Source: Phoronis australis
Lineage: Eukaryota > Animalia > Phoronida
DNA: 64,000 nucleotides
Assembly: GCA_002633005.1 (NCBI GenBank)
Contig: NMRA01000078.1
Coordinates: 634,336 to 698,335, forward strand
Direction: 5' to 3'
A model generated the notes under the pieces. That model did no database searches. It was given only the letters and a program-made list of their open reading frames with translations, and had not been told where the DNA came from. Positions 36,873 through 48,929 of the stretch are shown here, one piece after another; positions within the stretch are counted from its first letter, which is position 1, and each line of letters opens with the position of its first letter. The translations under genes and the position numbers were made by a program.

Positions 36873-38464
36873 TGGATCCAAAAAATACATCAATCGAACA
36901 GTTTGCAACGACCCAAGTCCCAGCTGGCGAAACAATCGTTGCCAATAAGACAGTTTCTGATACACCTGTTACCACGGCAACTGTAATCAAGGCAATTGTT
37001 GATGCCGATGCGACTACTGCACCCGTAACAACGTCCATAGCAACGACTCCTGCTGGTACTGTTTTAAAGACAACTGCTGCTAAGACGACAGTTGCCGAGA
37101 CGACTGTCGCCGAGAAAACTGTTTCTGAGACACCTGTTGCTACGGCAAGTATCACCAATACAACCGTTGCTGCCTATATGACTACTGTACCCGTGACAAC
37201 TTCTTCTAGAACGACTTCCGCTACTACTATTGCACAAACAACTGCTGCTGAGACGGCTGTTGCCAGGAAGACTGTTTCTGAGGAATCTGTTGCTACGGCA
37301 ACTGTCACCAATACACCCGTTGCTGCCGATGCGACCACTGTACCCGTAACAACTTCTACTACAACGACTCGTGCTACTATTATCGCACAAACAACTGCTG
37401 TTGACACAACTGTTGCCGGGACGAATGTCGCTAAGACATCTGTTGCTACGGCAACTGTCACCAATACAACCGTTGCTGCCAATGCGACTACTGTACCCGT
37501 AACGACTTCTACTACAACTACTGCTGCTACTACTTTTGCACAGACAACTGCTTCTGAGATAAATGCTGCCGAAACGACTGTTGCCAGGACGAGTGTTGCT
37601 GGGACACCTGTTGCTACTGAACCCGTAACAACTTCTACTACGACGACTGCTTCTACTATTATTGCACAAACAACTGCTTCTGAGACCACTGTTGCCGGGA
37701 AGACTGTTGTTGAGAGATCTGTTGCTACGGCAATTGTCACCAATACAACCGTTGCTTTAGATATGACTACTGTACCCGTAACAACTTCTACAACAACGAC
37801 TGGTGCTACTACTATCGCACAAACAACTGCTGCTGAGGTGACTGTTGCCCAGACGACTATTGCTGGGACGACTGTTGCTACGGCAACTGTCACCAATATA
37901 ACCGTTCCTGACGATGCGATTACTGTACCCGTAACTTCTACTACAACGACTGCCGTTACTACTGTTGCACCAACAACTGCTGCTGAGACGAATGTTTCCG
38001 GGACGACTGTTGAGACACCAGTTGTTCCGGCAACTGTCACCAACCCAACCGTTGCTGCCTATGCGACTACTGTACCCGTAACAACTTATTCTACAACAAC
38101 TGGTGCTACTACTATTGCACAGTTAACTGCTGTTGAAACATCTGTTGCCGAGACACCTGTTGCTATGACAACTGTCATCAATACAACCGTTGCTGCCGAT
38201 ACGACTACTGTACCTGCAACAACGTCTACTACAACGACTGCCGCTGTTGCCATAGCACAGACAACTGCTACTGAGACGACTGCTTCCGATACAACTGTTG
38301 CCGAGACGACTGTGGTCGGGACTACTGTTGTCAAGACGACAACTCTTGCCGAGACGACTGTTGCCGAGTTCACTTTTGGAGAGACGATCGTTGCGGAAAC
38401 TACAGCTGCTCAGACTACTTTACCTGAAGTTGCATCTACTATGAAGGTTTTGGAAAACACTCCA
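36873..38464 (+). CDS. Gene B large mucin exon (~530 aa, Thr-rich, 51-aa tandem repeats with NxT sequons)
   Basis: Acceptor ctctgtag and donor CCA|gtatgt, phase 1-0. Lies within ORF 36872-38590. The repeat anchor CTGTTGCTACGGCAA occurs at 37134, 37287, 37440, 37719 and 37872 (153-nt period). Confidence 0.92.
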
Positions 38465-39041
38465 GTATGTACCGTAGTCTATTGCGTTTTACGATTGTCT
38501 ACAGTAAAGGTAAATCTCATCATTTTGATGTTTTGGATTACGCGTTGGAATTCCTGCGTGCAGTCAATGACTTCCTGCTACAAGTTTTGAAAAGACAATC
38601 GTGATACAAGCATTTAACGCCCAAATTAAAGCCTTTTATTGGTGAGCTGGAAGAGAAAGCCTCAAGAAATCAAAAGAAATTCAACACTTTTAAAATGCCT
38701 TCCAATGACACAGCAGTGACAGCACGATAACTCTCTTAATCCACCTATCTAAAATTGGCAAAAGAGTCCTCTGCGGGCTATTTGTGGACACACAATTACT
38801 TCGGAACCTCTTTCGGAAATCCCAAATTGCTACTTGATGAGATTAGAAGATCTCTCCATGACCCAAAATTTTGTGAGTTAGGTCTGACGAAATCACAAAC
38901 TGTCAGTTCTAGAGTCTAGAGATCGCGTCCAAACTGAGTAAGGTACAAGATCATTTTTATAACGAAATGTGACCCTAATTAAAACTTGCCGTCTAAAATA
39001 CCAAAATGGATGGGCCTTAAATTTAACCTTTTTATTTTCAG

Positions 39042-39104
39042 TCAAAACAAAGTGTTAGAATTGTCGTGAAGACGCCTGGTTCAGTGTCACCCACAGAAAC
39101 AGAC
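39042..39104 (+). CDS. Gene B exon: first strand of the SEA-like domain
   Basis: Acceptor tttattttcag and donor gtaagg, phase 0-0. Reads SKQSVRIVVKTPGSVSPTETD. Paralog of 3827-3886. Confidence 0.8.
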
Positions 39105-39696
39105 GTAAGGCCTCTTTTATCTTTACTTATATTAACAGATATCTACTATTTCTAGAGAGCGGTACTTCTCTTGTCAACCCTCAGATAATTGGGCAAGTAT
39201 TAAAGCTCCCTGTGAATCCGGCAAACACGACTAACTGACGTTGCGGCAAAAATCCTCAATTGAGTACACAAATAATTGGGGAAATCTTCAATTTTCAATT
39301 ATTGAAATGCTGCGTACATTGCCGCATCGTGTTTTGCCACACTGTATGATTTTGATTTAAAATCTTACGTGCAAGCTAGTCACTGTTGGCAATTTCTGGT
39401 GAATGTAAACATTGATACTATATAGTAAGACCAATTATTTAGATTTTAAATTTTACTTACCTGTATGAACAGAAGTGTAACGTTGTCGACATGCTGGAAA
39501 CCAAATGTGACTTACCTGCCCCATTTGTTAATGATTTACTCAACCGATTGAGCGTCATAAGTTGACATTTCGTACATACAAGACAGTAGGAGTGACAACG
39601 TTTTAATTGGTGCCGTTGTATGAGGATGGAACAACACCCTTGTGGAAAGATTCAATTTGACCTTCACTAGTATTGCGTGGGTATGTTGATTAAGCA

Positions 39697-39841
39697 AGCG
39701 CCTCTCATACATGTGTCGTTGCAGTTTACGATGCACAAGATGAGCGCCTCTCATACGTGTATCGTTGCAGTTTACGATACACAAGGTGAGCGCCTCTCAT
39801 ACGTGTATCGTTGCAGTTTACGATGCACAAGGTGAGCGCCT
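39697..39841. repeat. 46-bp tandem repeat, about 3 copies
   Basis: GCGCCTCTCATAC(A/G)TGT(G/A)TCGTTGCAGTTTACGAT(G/A)CACAAG(A/G)TGA occurs three times, nearly identical. Confidence 0.9.
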
Positions 39842-39908
39842 ACCAAGGCACTGCGTTCCTTCTGTAATCATCAGTACAATGTTCTAAATGTTGTGTGTTT
39901 GTTACCAG

Positions 39909-40080
39909 CTAGAGAAGATTGTAAGTCACCTACGGTGGGTCCTCAACCTTCTTTTCCTCCGGTCCCGGGCTGCTGACATTGATGGTGACTTGGAGATTTT
40001 GGTGCTAACGCCATCTCCCCAAATACGGTCGGACGGATCTGTAGAGATAGTCTTTATAGCAAAGAACAAAGCGACGAACG
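39909..40080 (+). CDS. Gene B exon: core of the SEA-like domain
   Basis: Acceptor gttaccag and donor G|gtaaca, phase 0-1. Reads LEKIVSHLRWVLNLLFLRSRAADIDGDLEILVLTPSPQIRSDGSVEIVFIAKNKATN. Confidence 0.85.
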
Positions 40081-41155
40081 GTAACAGTACTTTTAACCCT
40101 TCTAGTGTAAGCCGGTCATACATGTGTGCGTGGATTTGCCACGAGAAATCGATATTCTGTGAGCAACTGATCCATTTCAAAGTGGATTTCCACCAAAAAC
40201 CTTCAACAAATATTCTTTCCATAGTGCATGACTTACGCATTTTGCGATTAGGCCGTGGTTTCGGACTTTCGACCCGTTTGCAGTTTTCACGCATCCGTTT
40301 TTGGAAATGCTTTTCTGTGACTGTCTCCTTAGAGTTGTCTTTGCCATTCGAGCTTTAAGGTGTACTAGCATGATACGTCATCACCAAGCTTTGTCTGCCA
40401 CAAAATACAATAACTCCAATACAGGGTAGAATTCAGTAACGCTTGAACCTATGCTGGGACCTCGTTTGGATGGGAAGAACACATGGCCATATCTCACGTA
40501 GTTTCTTTGCGTCTGTTGTTTTTTATGAATATCCTACACTTCTACTTTTTCAGACCACTGAATAAATAGAACATTGATTATTTTTTAGAAATAGAAAACT
40601 TACTCATGCTGAAAAAAGGTGGAAAATATTATTTTTTTAAAAAATCTATCTGGGTTTATAGCTTGTTTAAATCTAAGAGTTCGGATGAGTTTCTGCCAGA
40701 TAACATCACTCTGCCTGTAAGTCTTTGGTTTTGTGGCATGCTACTTGTCTGGGGTTGTGGGGTTAAGGTGCATTTTGCCTAACCGAATGAATGGAGAACA
40801 TGTAATTGTTTAGTTTATCTATAGGTGCATTCCGATCAGGTTGTAAGCTAGTCTGTCCATAAGATGGAGCATCTTTGATACGTCACACCACCAGTACACT
40901 TTTTGTGAAAATAATATGTCTGGGTGTTCAAGCAGTGATGAGTGCTAGGTGTAATGTGCCTGAGCATTGAGTTACTTAAACTTTTGCAGTTTTTATCATT
41001 TAATTAATAAACCAGGGAGTAACATCTTAATCGGCCTACATGTACCCTTGTAAAGTGAGTTCAGTGCCTGAGCGAAATGTGAGCTTGCTACCTATACCCT
41101 GGTGGTGGGTAAACTGAGGATACCGTTGGTTTTGTAATGAGTTTTATTTGTGCAG

Positions 41156-41223
41156 AAATTATCCCGAAGAAGGAACTGATGAAGATGATACAAGATCCGA
41201 AATTTAAGAAGAAGTTGGAAGAA
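41156..41223 (+). CDS. Gene B exon: C-terminal helix of the SEA-like domain
   Basis: Acceptor tgtgcag and donor gtgagt, phase 1-0. Reads (E)IIPKKELMKMIQDPKFKKKLEE. Confidence 0.85.
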
Positions 41224-41649
41224 GTGAGTAAAGAGATTTATTGACGTCACATGGTGATGGTAATCTTTCATACGCACGGTCGTTCGTTACAATTCGTCGT
41301 TTTGCTGTCAATTTGCACCTTCGTCTTTTCTACCGAAATTTTAAGGACCTAGAACTGTCTTTCAATAGCCTAAAAGCACACTGGCTAATGCAATGAAGAT
41401 TAATTTTTCCTCCACTGCAACCATTCACCACTATCTTCACTACAGTTCAAACGATGAATCGGCGATTTTCACATTTTTAGACATACTAAAGCTCATTACC
41501 ACATTTTAAATCTTGGAGGAAACTAGTTTCCAGGCAACACACTTTTTAACCAATCGTATCAATTTTACTTTGAAATCCAGACCGAATGAGCATTTTCACG
41601 GCATCCTGCTTTCTCTGCACTAAAACTCGACAGAGTGAAGTTTGAACAA

Positions 41650-44278
41650 TAGGCCATAGTCCATTCGACTCTAGGAAGCCCAGAAAATCACTTCCATGGC
41701 CACTTTTTGGGGCAAGATAATTTTGATGTTTTTAAGTTCAATAAGTACTATACTTTAAGAATCTAAAAAGTTCCCAAGGTTTGACTTGCACGTTTTCGAG
41801 AAATTTGACCTCAAAAATCTGACTTTTTGCAAAATTTTAAACAGAAAACCAATATTCAAAAACCAACAACACTAGACAAAAACTGAATGATAATCTGATT
41901 GGGCTTTGTTCAATTGAAGTTATTGAACAAGGAAAGTGATAAATAATATGACATTAGGCGGAAAATTGCTCAAAAAAGACCAGCTCCTCCTGTTGGCCAG
42001 AAAACATGTTGCTGTATTCTGAACTCCTACAAAAAGAACTATACTGTTAACCATTTGGAACTTGATAAAGATTTGACATCACAACCTACATGTGAACACC
42101 ACACATTTCCAATGCTTCTGCAACAAATTTTCTGTCATCAATTTCATTATCATAATTAACATTATCCCATATTGCAGTTCACTGTCAACTGTCACAGGGA
42201 ACGACACACCGAGCAGTGTCAATCATGAGCATGATAAAATGTTGTCCATATTTTCCATTAGGTTGAAAATTTACAGTTCTTTAACAACATAGCATACACT
42301 TATTATGTTTCTTCATCCACTTCATCATCATTTATATCATCATTATTGTCATCAAAAGTTGTTTTTTGACAGAGACACCGTATTCACACAGTCTGTACAG
42401 TCACACAACTTAGAACATGGCATGCCTGACTTCAAACAAGAGCGCAAGTTTTTACTACAACCACTTATTTTACACTTGCTTTGAAAAATAAAGGAATGGT
42501 CATGTTGGCAATAGTTTTGTTTGAAGTTGAAAAGCGTCTTCTTTACCGTAGAGCTAAAATTTCATTTGAAGCTTCCTGTTTTAAATAGTACATAATTGGA
42601 AGAGTAGTAATTTTCCTTTGCTAAAAACTCCAATTCAAGAATCTTCAAAATGTGAGATACTGAAATCTGCACAACATTTGAATTTTCACGATAAATAAAT
42701 TACAGAACGCAGGCAAAATGTCTCAAATTCCAAACTGCTCATGATTTTACATATCTCAAAATAGGCTAGAAGTTCATAAAAAGCAGTGCTGAGCACTCAC
42801 ATGTAGGTAAAAACTACTACCAGTATATTTGAGATTGAGACCACTATTACTACAAAATTATCAAGCAAAATAATTTTTATTTTGTGACCTAAACTAAAGA
42901 TTATTTACCATAAATGACACCTTTTCAAATTAAGAATAGGTAGGCCTATTTACAATTGAATGTTTGGAACTTGGATAGGTTTTCAACTTTCTTTTGTTTG
43001 TGAAGTTCCCCTGTGATGAAATTTGATTTGTTGCAAAAGGTTCATTGTGGTGGCAAGACATACACGGTATATTTCTTTGAGCACTGATAAATGTACATGT
43101 AACTGACGGTGACAATGTCCTTAATTTTCTAGTGGGCTCAACATTATTTCCATCATCAGCTTGGTCTTTTCTTTTTAAGAGCTCTTTCAATTTTAGTTAC
43201 ATCCGTTCAGTGTCTGTAACACTGCTTGTCAGATAGAAGGTTGCACGCACCAAGCCTAAAAATGGGGGGCTCGAGTTTTTGAGAATGTGAACATTTATTA
43301 AGATTCACGGGGTACTTCAGAGCTACGAATTGTGCGTTCGTCGATTTTTTTTAGTTCCTACCTTTTAAGTGAACTTTTATTTCATTTGTTGTTTCTTTGA
43401 GGCAAACCTTTTACCTACTTTACCAAATGGGGGAGGCTCGTTCAAGCCCCCGAGCCCCCCCCCCTCCGCTGGGTGCACGCATGACAAGAGCTCTGTTTTT
43501 CACAAAATAAATCTTAAAAACTTATCAGCAATGATACTTCTCTTGCACTCAATGTTGATACGTTTGTTTGCAGTAGCCTTAGACCAGATAATATCTGAAA
43601 ATTCCAGCTCAGAAATTTGAGCAGAAGCTGACACATGAATGCAACAAGGGGCAGACATCTTGCCAGCCTATTGTGAAGTCGCACACTTGTTGAATAATTC
43701 ATGGTTTCAGCAGAGTCCTAGCTGTACCAAAACTGTTCTTTGCGAAACACAAAATGATTCAGGAATGTGCCAAGAATTGTTTCAGTACGATGACACTCGT
43801 GGCCACTTGATTTGGCTTTCCTCAATTCGTAACTGCTGCCCGCTGGTTTTTTAGCCTTGGCCCTAGGTAATTGCCTGTTACTTGCAAACCCATCCAAGAA
43901 TTAATACTATCCAATGTAGTCAGTAGCAGTAAACAAGCTAGCTAAGCCAGCAGGATAACATCAGCTGACTGTCCTCTGATGATGGTTTTCATGCCAAGCA
44001 GACGACTTTTGAAGGGGAAAGATATGGGCACAATATTTTCCTGGTATTTGATTGGCTTTTCGGATCATTTTGCGCTGACACCTGGTGGCTAACATATTAG
44101 TTAAGATTATATTTTTCCAACTTTTAAATTAAAATTCTTACTAAACGTGCAAGTGTATTCTTGGGAACTTTTTTGAAATTGACTTTTGAATATCTGTAGA
44201 TGGGTTAAATGCAAAGTTCCGTTGCATCCAGAAAGTGGCCATGGAGGTGAAAGATAGGAGAGCTGGGACTATGGCCTA
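41650..44278 (-). mobile_element. Academ-like non-autonomous DNA transposon (internal deletion derivative)
   Basis: Termini TAGGCCATAGTCC ... GGACTATGGCCTA, flanked by a CAA direct repeat (41647-49, 44279-81). Subterminal inverted repeat CACTTCCATGGCCACTTT / AAAGTGGCCATGGAGGTG. Minus strand ~42290-42480 reads KCKISGCSKNLRSCLKSGMPCSKLCDCTDCVNT plus an acidic tail (Cys-cluster C-terminus). Confidence 0.75.
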
Positions 44279-44702
44279 CAAGTCACCAAGCAAAATTCAT
44301 ACACGTTATTGCCAAACGCACGCGCTATGACACTTTTGTGATAGTGATGTGTAAGTGCTTTTTATTGTAAATATCACGAAAAGATCGTGTACCGCGAGTG
44401 GCACAGAGAACTAGTTCGTAGTTCGAATTGTGTAAACTGGATGATTTTAAATCGTCTTAAAAGACGTATTTTGAGTAGAGCGAACGGGGATGTGGTGGAA
44501 ACGATTGCCAAGATGTCGGTGACTATCCAAATAGCCTCGAAGTTTAACGGGAAAGTCTAAATATTTATTCCAAAGTATGGTTAACCCGCAAAATTTATTG
44601 CAAAATCTGACATTACTACTTGTGGTAATGTACACGATAACGTCACACAGATATGGACGAACATAGTATCGAATGAACACTATCATAAATGCAAACTTCT
44701 CA

Positions 44703-46934
44703 AGAGTTCCAACCTTGACCTTGCGTCTCAAAAAGAATTTTTAATACATCTTTAGAGATTTAATAGCATTTAGTATACCTGTTGGTAAGAAACAAGGCAA
44801 AAATTTTTAGAGAAGTATTTTTTTGTTATCCGGTTTGTGCGTAATGGGTCTCCGCCGTTGTTTTTACCAGTGAGATACTGAGGAGTTATGAGGAAATCCG
44901 CCGAGAGCCGTCTTTTTCAGACATCAAGTGAGTTGGCTGCAACATAACTGAAAACCTCTCTGTGTTCGGATTTCCAAAGGACGTGAAAGTTGCACAGAAA
45001 TGGCAACGATTTGTGCGCGGTGGAACATGTGATCAGTCGGGAGCCACACTTTGTTCGGCATATTTCAGACAAGGAATTGTGTTTCAACCAAACACAAAAG
45101 CGGAGTTACAATGAAGGACTCGCCACCTTGTAAGTGTATTTCCAAATTTTATAAATAACGAACAAACTGCTTCCTTCTAGAGCGAGTGATGCCAAGTCCT
45201 CGACCGCGGTCCAGATCGAATGATACAAACACGTTAGCTTATACATCAATGCATTGTGTGTAGACCGTGCTAATAGCTCACTTTTTTCGCTAGTCAATGT
45301 GACGTCACCGGAAGGGGGTTCAAAACCCGCCATATTGCTCTTGTTTTGCCCCGAGTCTTTGCTACACACGCTAAATCTTACTGGAGTTCTTGTGGTGAAT
45401 TTTACGCTTAAAACGTTATCACAACATAAGAGATGGTAGATGGGTCGTGGAATAACTGTGAATGGACGAAGAAAATCTGATTTTTTTATGTTGTGCGAAG
45501 CTGTGAACGGACTGAAATTGAAACTCAACCCGCTCTAGGCCTGAATGCCGCAGGCATACAGCTTTCCAGGGGCGATAGCATATCTCCATAAAAACTTACT
45601 CACTTCAAAATACAGCAAGTAAAATCAAATGAAACATGCATATGTGCACATGGAGTTATAATTAACACATACCCTAACTCTGGATACAATTTAGTCTACA
45701 AATAACTTGAACATATCCATGAAAACAGCGGTTCGCTCTAGTTTCTCTCACCGGGCGCTTTTTTGAGGAAGTTACGTGAAATCACGCATGTTGACGAACA
45801 AAAAGTCCAAGGGACACAAATGTTACACTTGATATTTTCTCATGCTATTTTACAAGAGTCAGGCGCCAGGTCTCTCGTTTTGCTCAGTCTCGCGCTAGAC
45901 TTTGCCTTATACTCACCTGACTCAGTTGAAATACTTTGTGGTTATCGCGCGCGCGGTCTAAGTTAACAGTAACCACAAAGTGGAGTTTGAATTCTTCGCC
46001 AAAGTCACCTGAATTCCCGTAGTTATGCTTCATCGAAGATATATTTAGAAGCAGAAAGGATCACTGCAGAAAGTAAGCGCCTTTTTAGGTGACGATTTTA
46101 GGTGTAAAATGTATTTTTAACGAGGTGAAAACTTAATCAGTGAGCGAATTTCGCCTACCGCCCGTTTAAAATACACCGTACGAAATTAGTAAAGAACGCG
46201 ATAGAACGTATTGTAGTGCGAATCTGAATTTCATTTGCCATAACAGCAATGCTTATTTGGCATTTTTTTGAAGAAAATAACAGAATACGCTCTGCTAGTA
46301 TTGGGCAAATGGCCAAACGACAAGCTTTTGCCCCACTTCCCTTGACGTCACAGTTAAGTCTCGGATAATCTCGCGTTATTGTTATAAACTCGAAAAAAGA
46401 CTATTCTATCATGGCAACAGTGATTACGAGTGACCCAGGTTTACTGTGACCTTTTTCAGTAATTATTAACTGTCTGTTTTGTGAATATTGATCACCTTTG
46501 GTTCAGTTGGTTGTGGCTCACATACGTCTGCGGCATTTCTCCTGCAAGTGGATCGAGTTCATGTGGTTTCAAAGGCAACGAAATTTTGTTAAGTGGCAAA
46601 TCAAATTCGTTGTCTGGTTCTTGTAGTGCCTGATTATGATACTCGCGCTGTCCTCTTTCTTTGCATAAGAATTGTACAATTTCCGTTAAAAATCGCCATC
46701 GTCTTCTGATCTGCTGTGCTCCGTCATTGCAGTTGCCGAGTTGCCAATTGACGAAACGTCTGCCACCATTACATCATTTGGCGGAAAACTTGGAAATAAC
46801 AATTTTTTCTTCAAATTTAAAAAGTTCATAACTATTTATCATACAAAGCTGTTATTTAGTTAGATTTTATAGTATCCATTTCATATTAGCTTACTGAAAC
46901 CTCCAAACCTAAACAAAAGCATGGTGGGAACTCT
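44703..46934 (+). mobile_element. Second, longer copy of the Kolobok-like THAP element
   Basis: AGAGTTCCAACC ... TGGTGGGAACTCT|TTAA. Both ends align with 35172-36078. THAP remnant VGCNITENLSVFGFPKDVKVAQKWQRFVRGGTCDQSGATLCSAYFR at ~44930-45070. An extra ~1.1-kb internal segment is bounded by the imperfect inverted repeat TGTGACGTCACCGGAAGGGGG / CCCACTTCCCTTGACGTCACA. Confidence 0.8.
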
Positions 46935-46938
46935 TTAA

Positions 46939-48074
46939 AGCGGAGGAGTCACGTGGCTCAATCGGATGTCCCAAAAGTGAGATAAAACCAAAACGAAATG
47001 ATTTCATAAAAAGTTGTAACAGCGTTTTGAGGTTCCATCTCGAACCTTTGTCTGAAAACAAAATTCAACCATGTTACTAATACGTTGTTTTCCTATGAAT
47101 GGTTCTCACTTATTTCGATCAAGTTTGACACATATACTTGGTTATGTGATCTAACTAATTGCAGTTTGGAATAAAATTAAAAAAACACTACGTCTACTTT
47201 TGTATTTATATTTATGTTTAAGTTCTCTATATTCTCCGTACTGTAGAACTAGCTTGTATTTTAGCTCTGTATTTTTATTTCGTAGATTTTAAATTTGTCG
47301 GATAATAGCACTTGTGCTTACGTTTCATTGTTAAATCTCACCGACTTTTAAATAAAGATTATTACTACATTACTACTACAAGGCTAAAAATCGTTCATAG
47401 TCTGCCATTTTTTCACGATGTTGTAAAGCTAACCAATGACTGTCGGGGTTACATCAACCAACGCGAAAGCGCGTACCACTGCGTGACACCTGCGTGCTGA
47501 CTAGGCACGGAGGGGAACAGCGAGTAATATAATAAGCCTTTAAAGGCGAAGGCAACCTTTTTTCATGTCATTTTTAGCAAAAATAAGGTTCGTTGATTAT
47601 CCCAGACATAATTGTCACTTATTTACTGCTTTTCGTAATTCAATTAATTACTCGTCGTCTACTCCGAAAGTGACGTTTTGGGAGGCAAGAATTTCGCGCC
47701 AATTTCTTTTCATATAGTCTGACTGTGAGAGCAGTCGGGTCAGTCATTGTTCTACCTCGGTTGTGATAAGTTCGGTCGCCGTTTGCTTTTGCTTACGAGT
47801 CAGTCAACATGCCACGCTGTTGCTGCGTACTGGGGTGTACTCATTATCGTCTCGCGTACAGACGAAGAACTATCCCACTTGCCCGAGTGTCCCGCGACAC
47901 ACTCCCACTGGAGGGTGTTCTGAGCACCCAAACTGCTTACATCCCGCCGTGGGACTCCCTCGCCACACACCTGGCACCTTCTAAATAGCTCCAATACAAG
48001 TCCACAATAAACTTATCAAACTTAGGCTCACCGATCTGTTCATTGGATGACGAACTGTCCTCTTCACTGGGTGT
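46939..48074 (-). mobile_element. Adjacent Kolobok-like element with a transposase-region remnant, interrupted by the gap
   Basis: Starts immediately after the shared TTAA (46935-38). Its left end is homologous to 24030-24200. Minus strand reads KFIVD/LELFRRCQVCGE...LQWECVAGHSGKWDSS, a CxxC...C..GH...W.S motif I associate with THAP-containing Kolobok-type transposases. Confidence 0.55.
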
Positions 48075-48235
48075 NNNNNNNNNNNNNNNNNNNNNNNNNN
48101 NNNNNNNNNNNNNNNNNNNNNNNNNNNNNNNNNNNNNNNNNNNNNNNNNNNNNNNNNNNNNNNNNNNNNNNNNNNNNNNNNNNNNNNNNNNNNNNNNNNN
48201 NNNNNNNNNNNNNNNNNNNNNNNNNNNNNNNNNNN
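48075..48235. other. Assembly gap (161 N)
   Basis: Run of N. Confidence 1.
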
Positions 48236-48929
48236 ATGCCTCTGTAACTACGGGATAACGAATCAGAATTTGGAAGTTTTTTTGTGAAATCCTCCTTTTC
48301 TGAAGTTGCTTTGATTTTTGAGAACATTAATGATGGCTTAGAAAATATGTGGTCACATGACTGTTGACAGCTGGGCATGATTTTTTTAGTAATTACTTTG
48401 TGTGATTAACGAGTTCTAGGAAATATCCTATTTCATTTGGTAAAGATTGCATTTAAAATTTGCATTGAAAATACAAGCTATTTTTTTACTGATATAAAGG
48501 CAAAATGTAAGCAGTTTCCATTAAACTGTTAGAAACCCAACTTCCGCTAAGAAAAGCTTTTGATTCATATCAAACTTTGATAGGAATGTTTAGCATGACA
48601 TCATTTTGACGTCATTAAGACGTCTTGGACCCAGTGTGATTACATAATTATTATTCCCGGGTTCAAATTGTGTCATCTACTGCCATGACACGTCATCACT
48701 AAATATCCGCGTCATGAAACTGGCCCTAGATGGTTCCTTTTTAAATTAGAAGGGTTAAGTAGGAACTGTCAGTTTGCTGTGGCTTGTTACGTATCCAACA
48801 AGAGACACTACAATCACTTTCTGTTGTTTCCCATCGTGGTCTCAAAACGGAACACAGTATCCACAGCATTGTCCAATGCCATGTGTTCTATACCTGAGTG
48901 CCTCTACTCATTCTATGCTGGTCTTACAG

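Noticed and set aside
36787-38373. Long Val-rich and Ser/Arg/Cys-rich minus-strand ORFs (36787-37158, 37064-37669, 37174-38043, 38086-38373)
   Set aside because: Antisense shadows of the Thr/Ala codon repeats, which lack stop codons in the reverse frames.
38767-38872. Open stretch ending LLLDEIRRSLHDPKF before a GTGAGT donor
   Set aside because: No proper polypyrimidine acceptor, not needed for frame, and no equivalent in gene A.
39056-39058. Apparent nonsense codon (KTKC*NC) suggesting gene B is a pseudogene; the ORF track shows A's equivalent as KTQCKDCDEVWF
   Set aside because: Wrong frame. Both exons are phase 0-0 and open (SKQSVRIVVK / AKHSVRIVMR), which fits the flanking exon phases.
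48043-48378. ORFs containing X runs
   Set aside because: Artefacts of the N gap.
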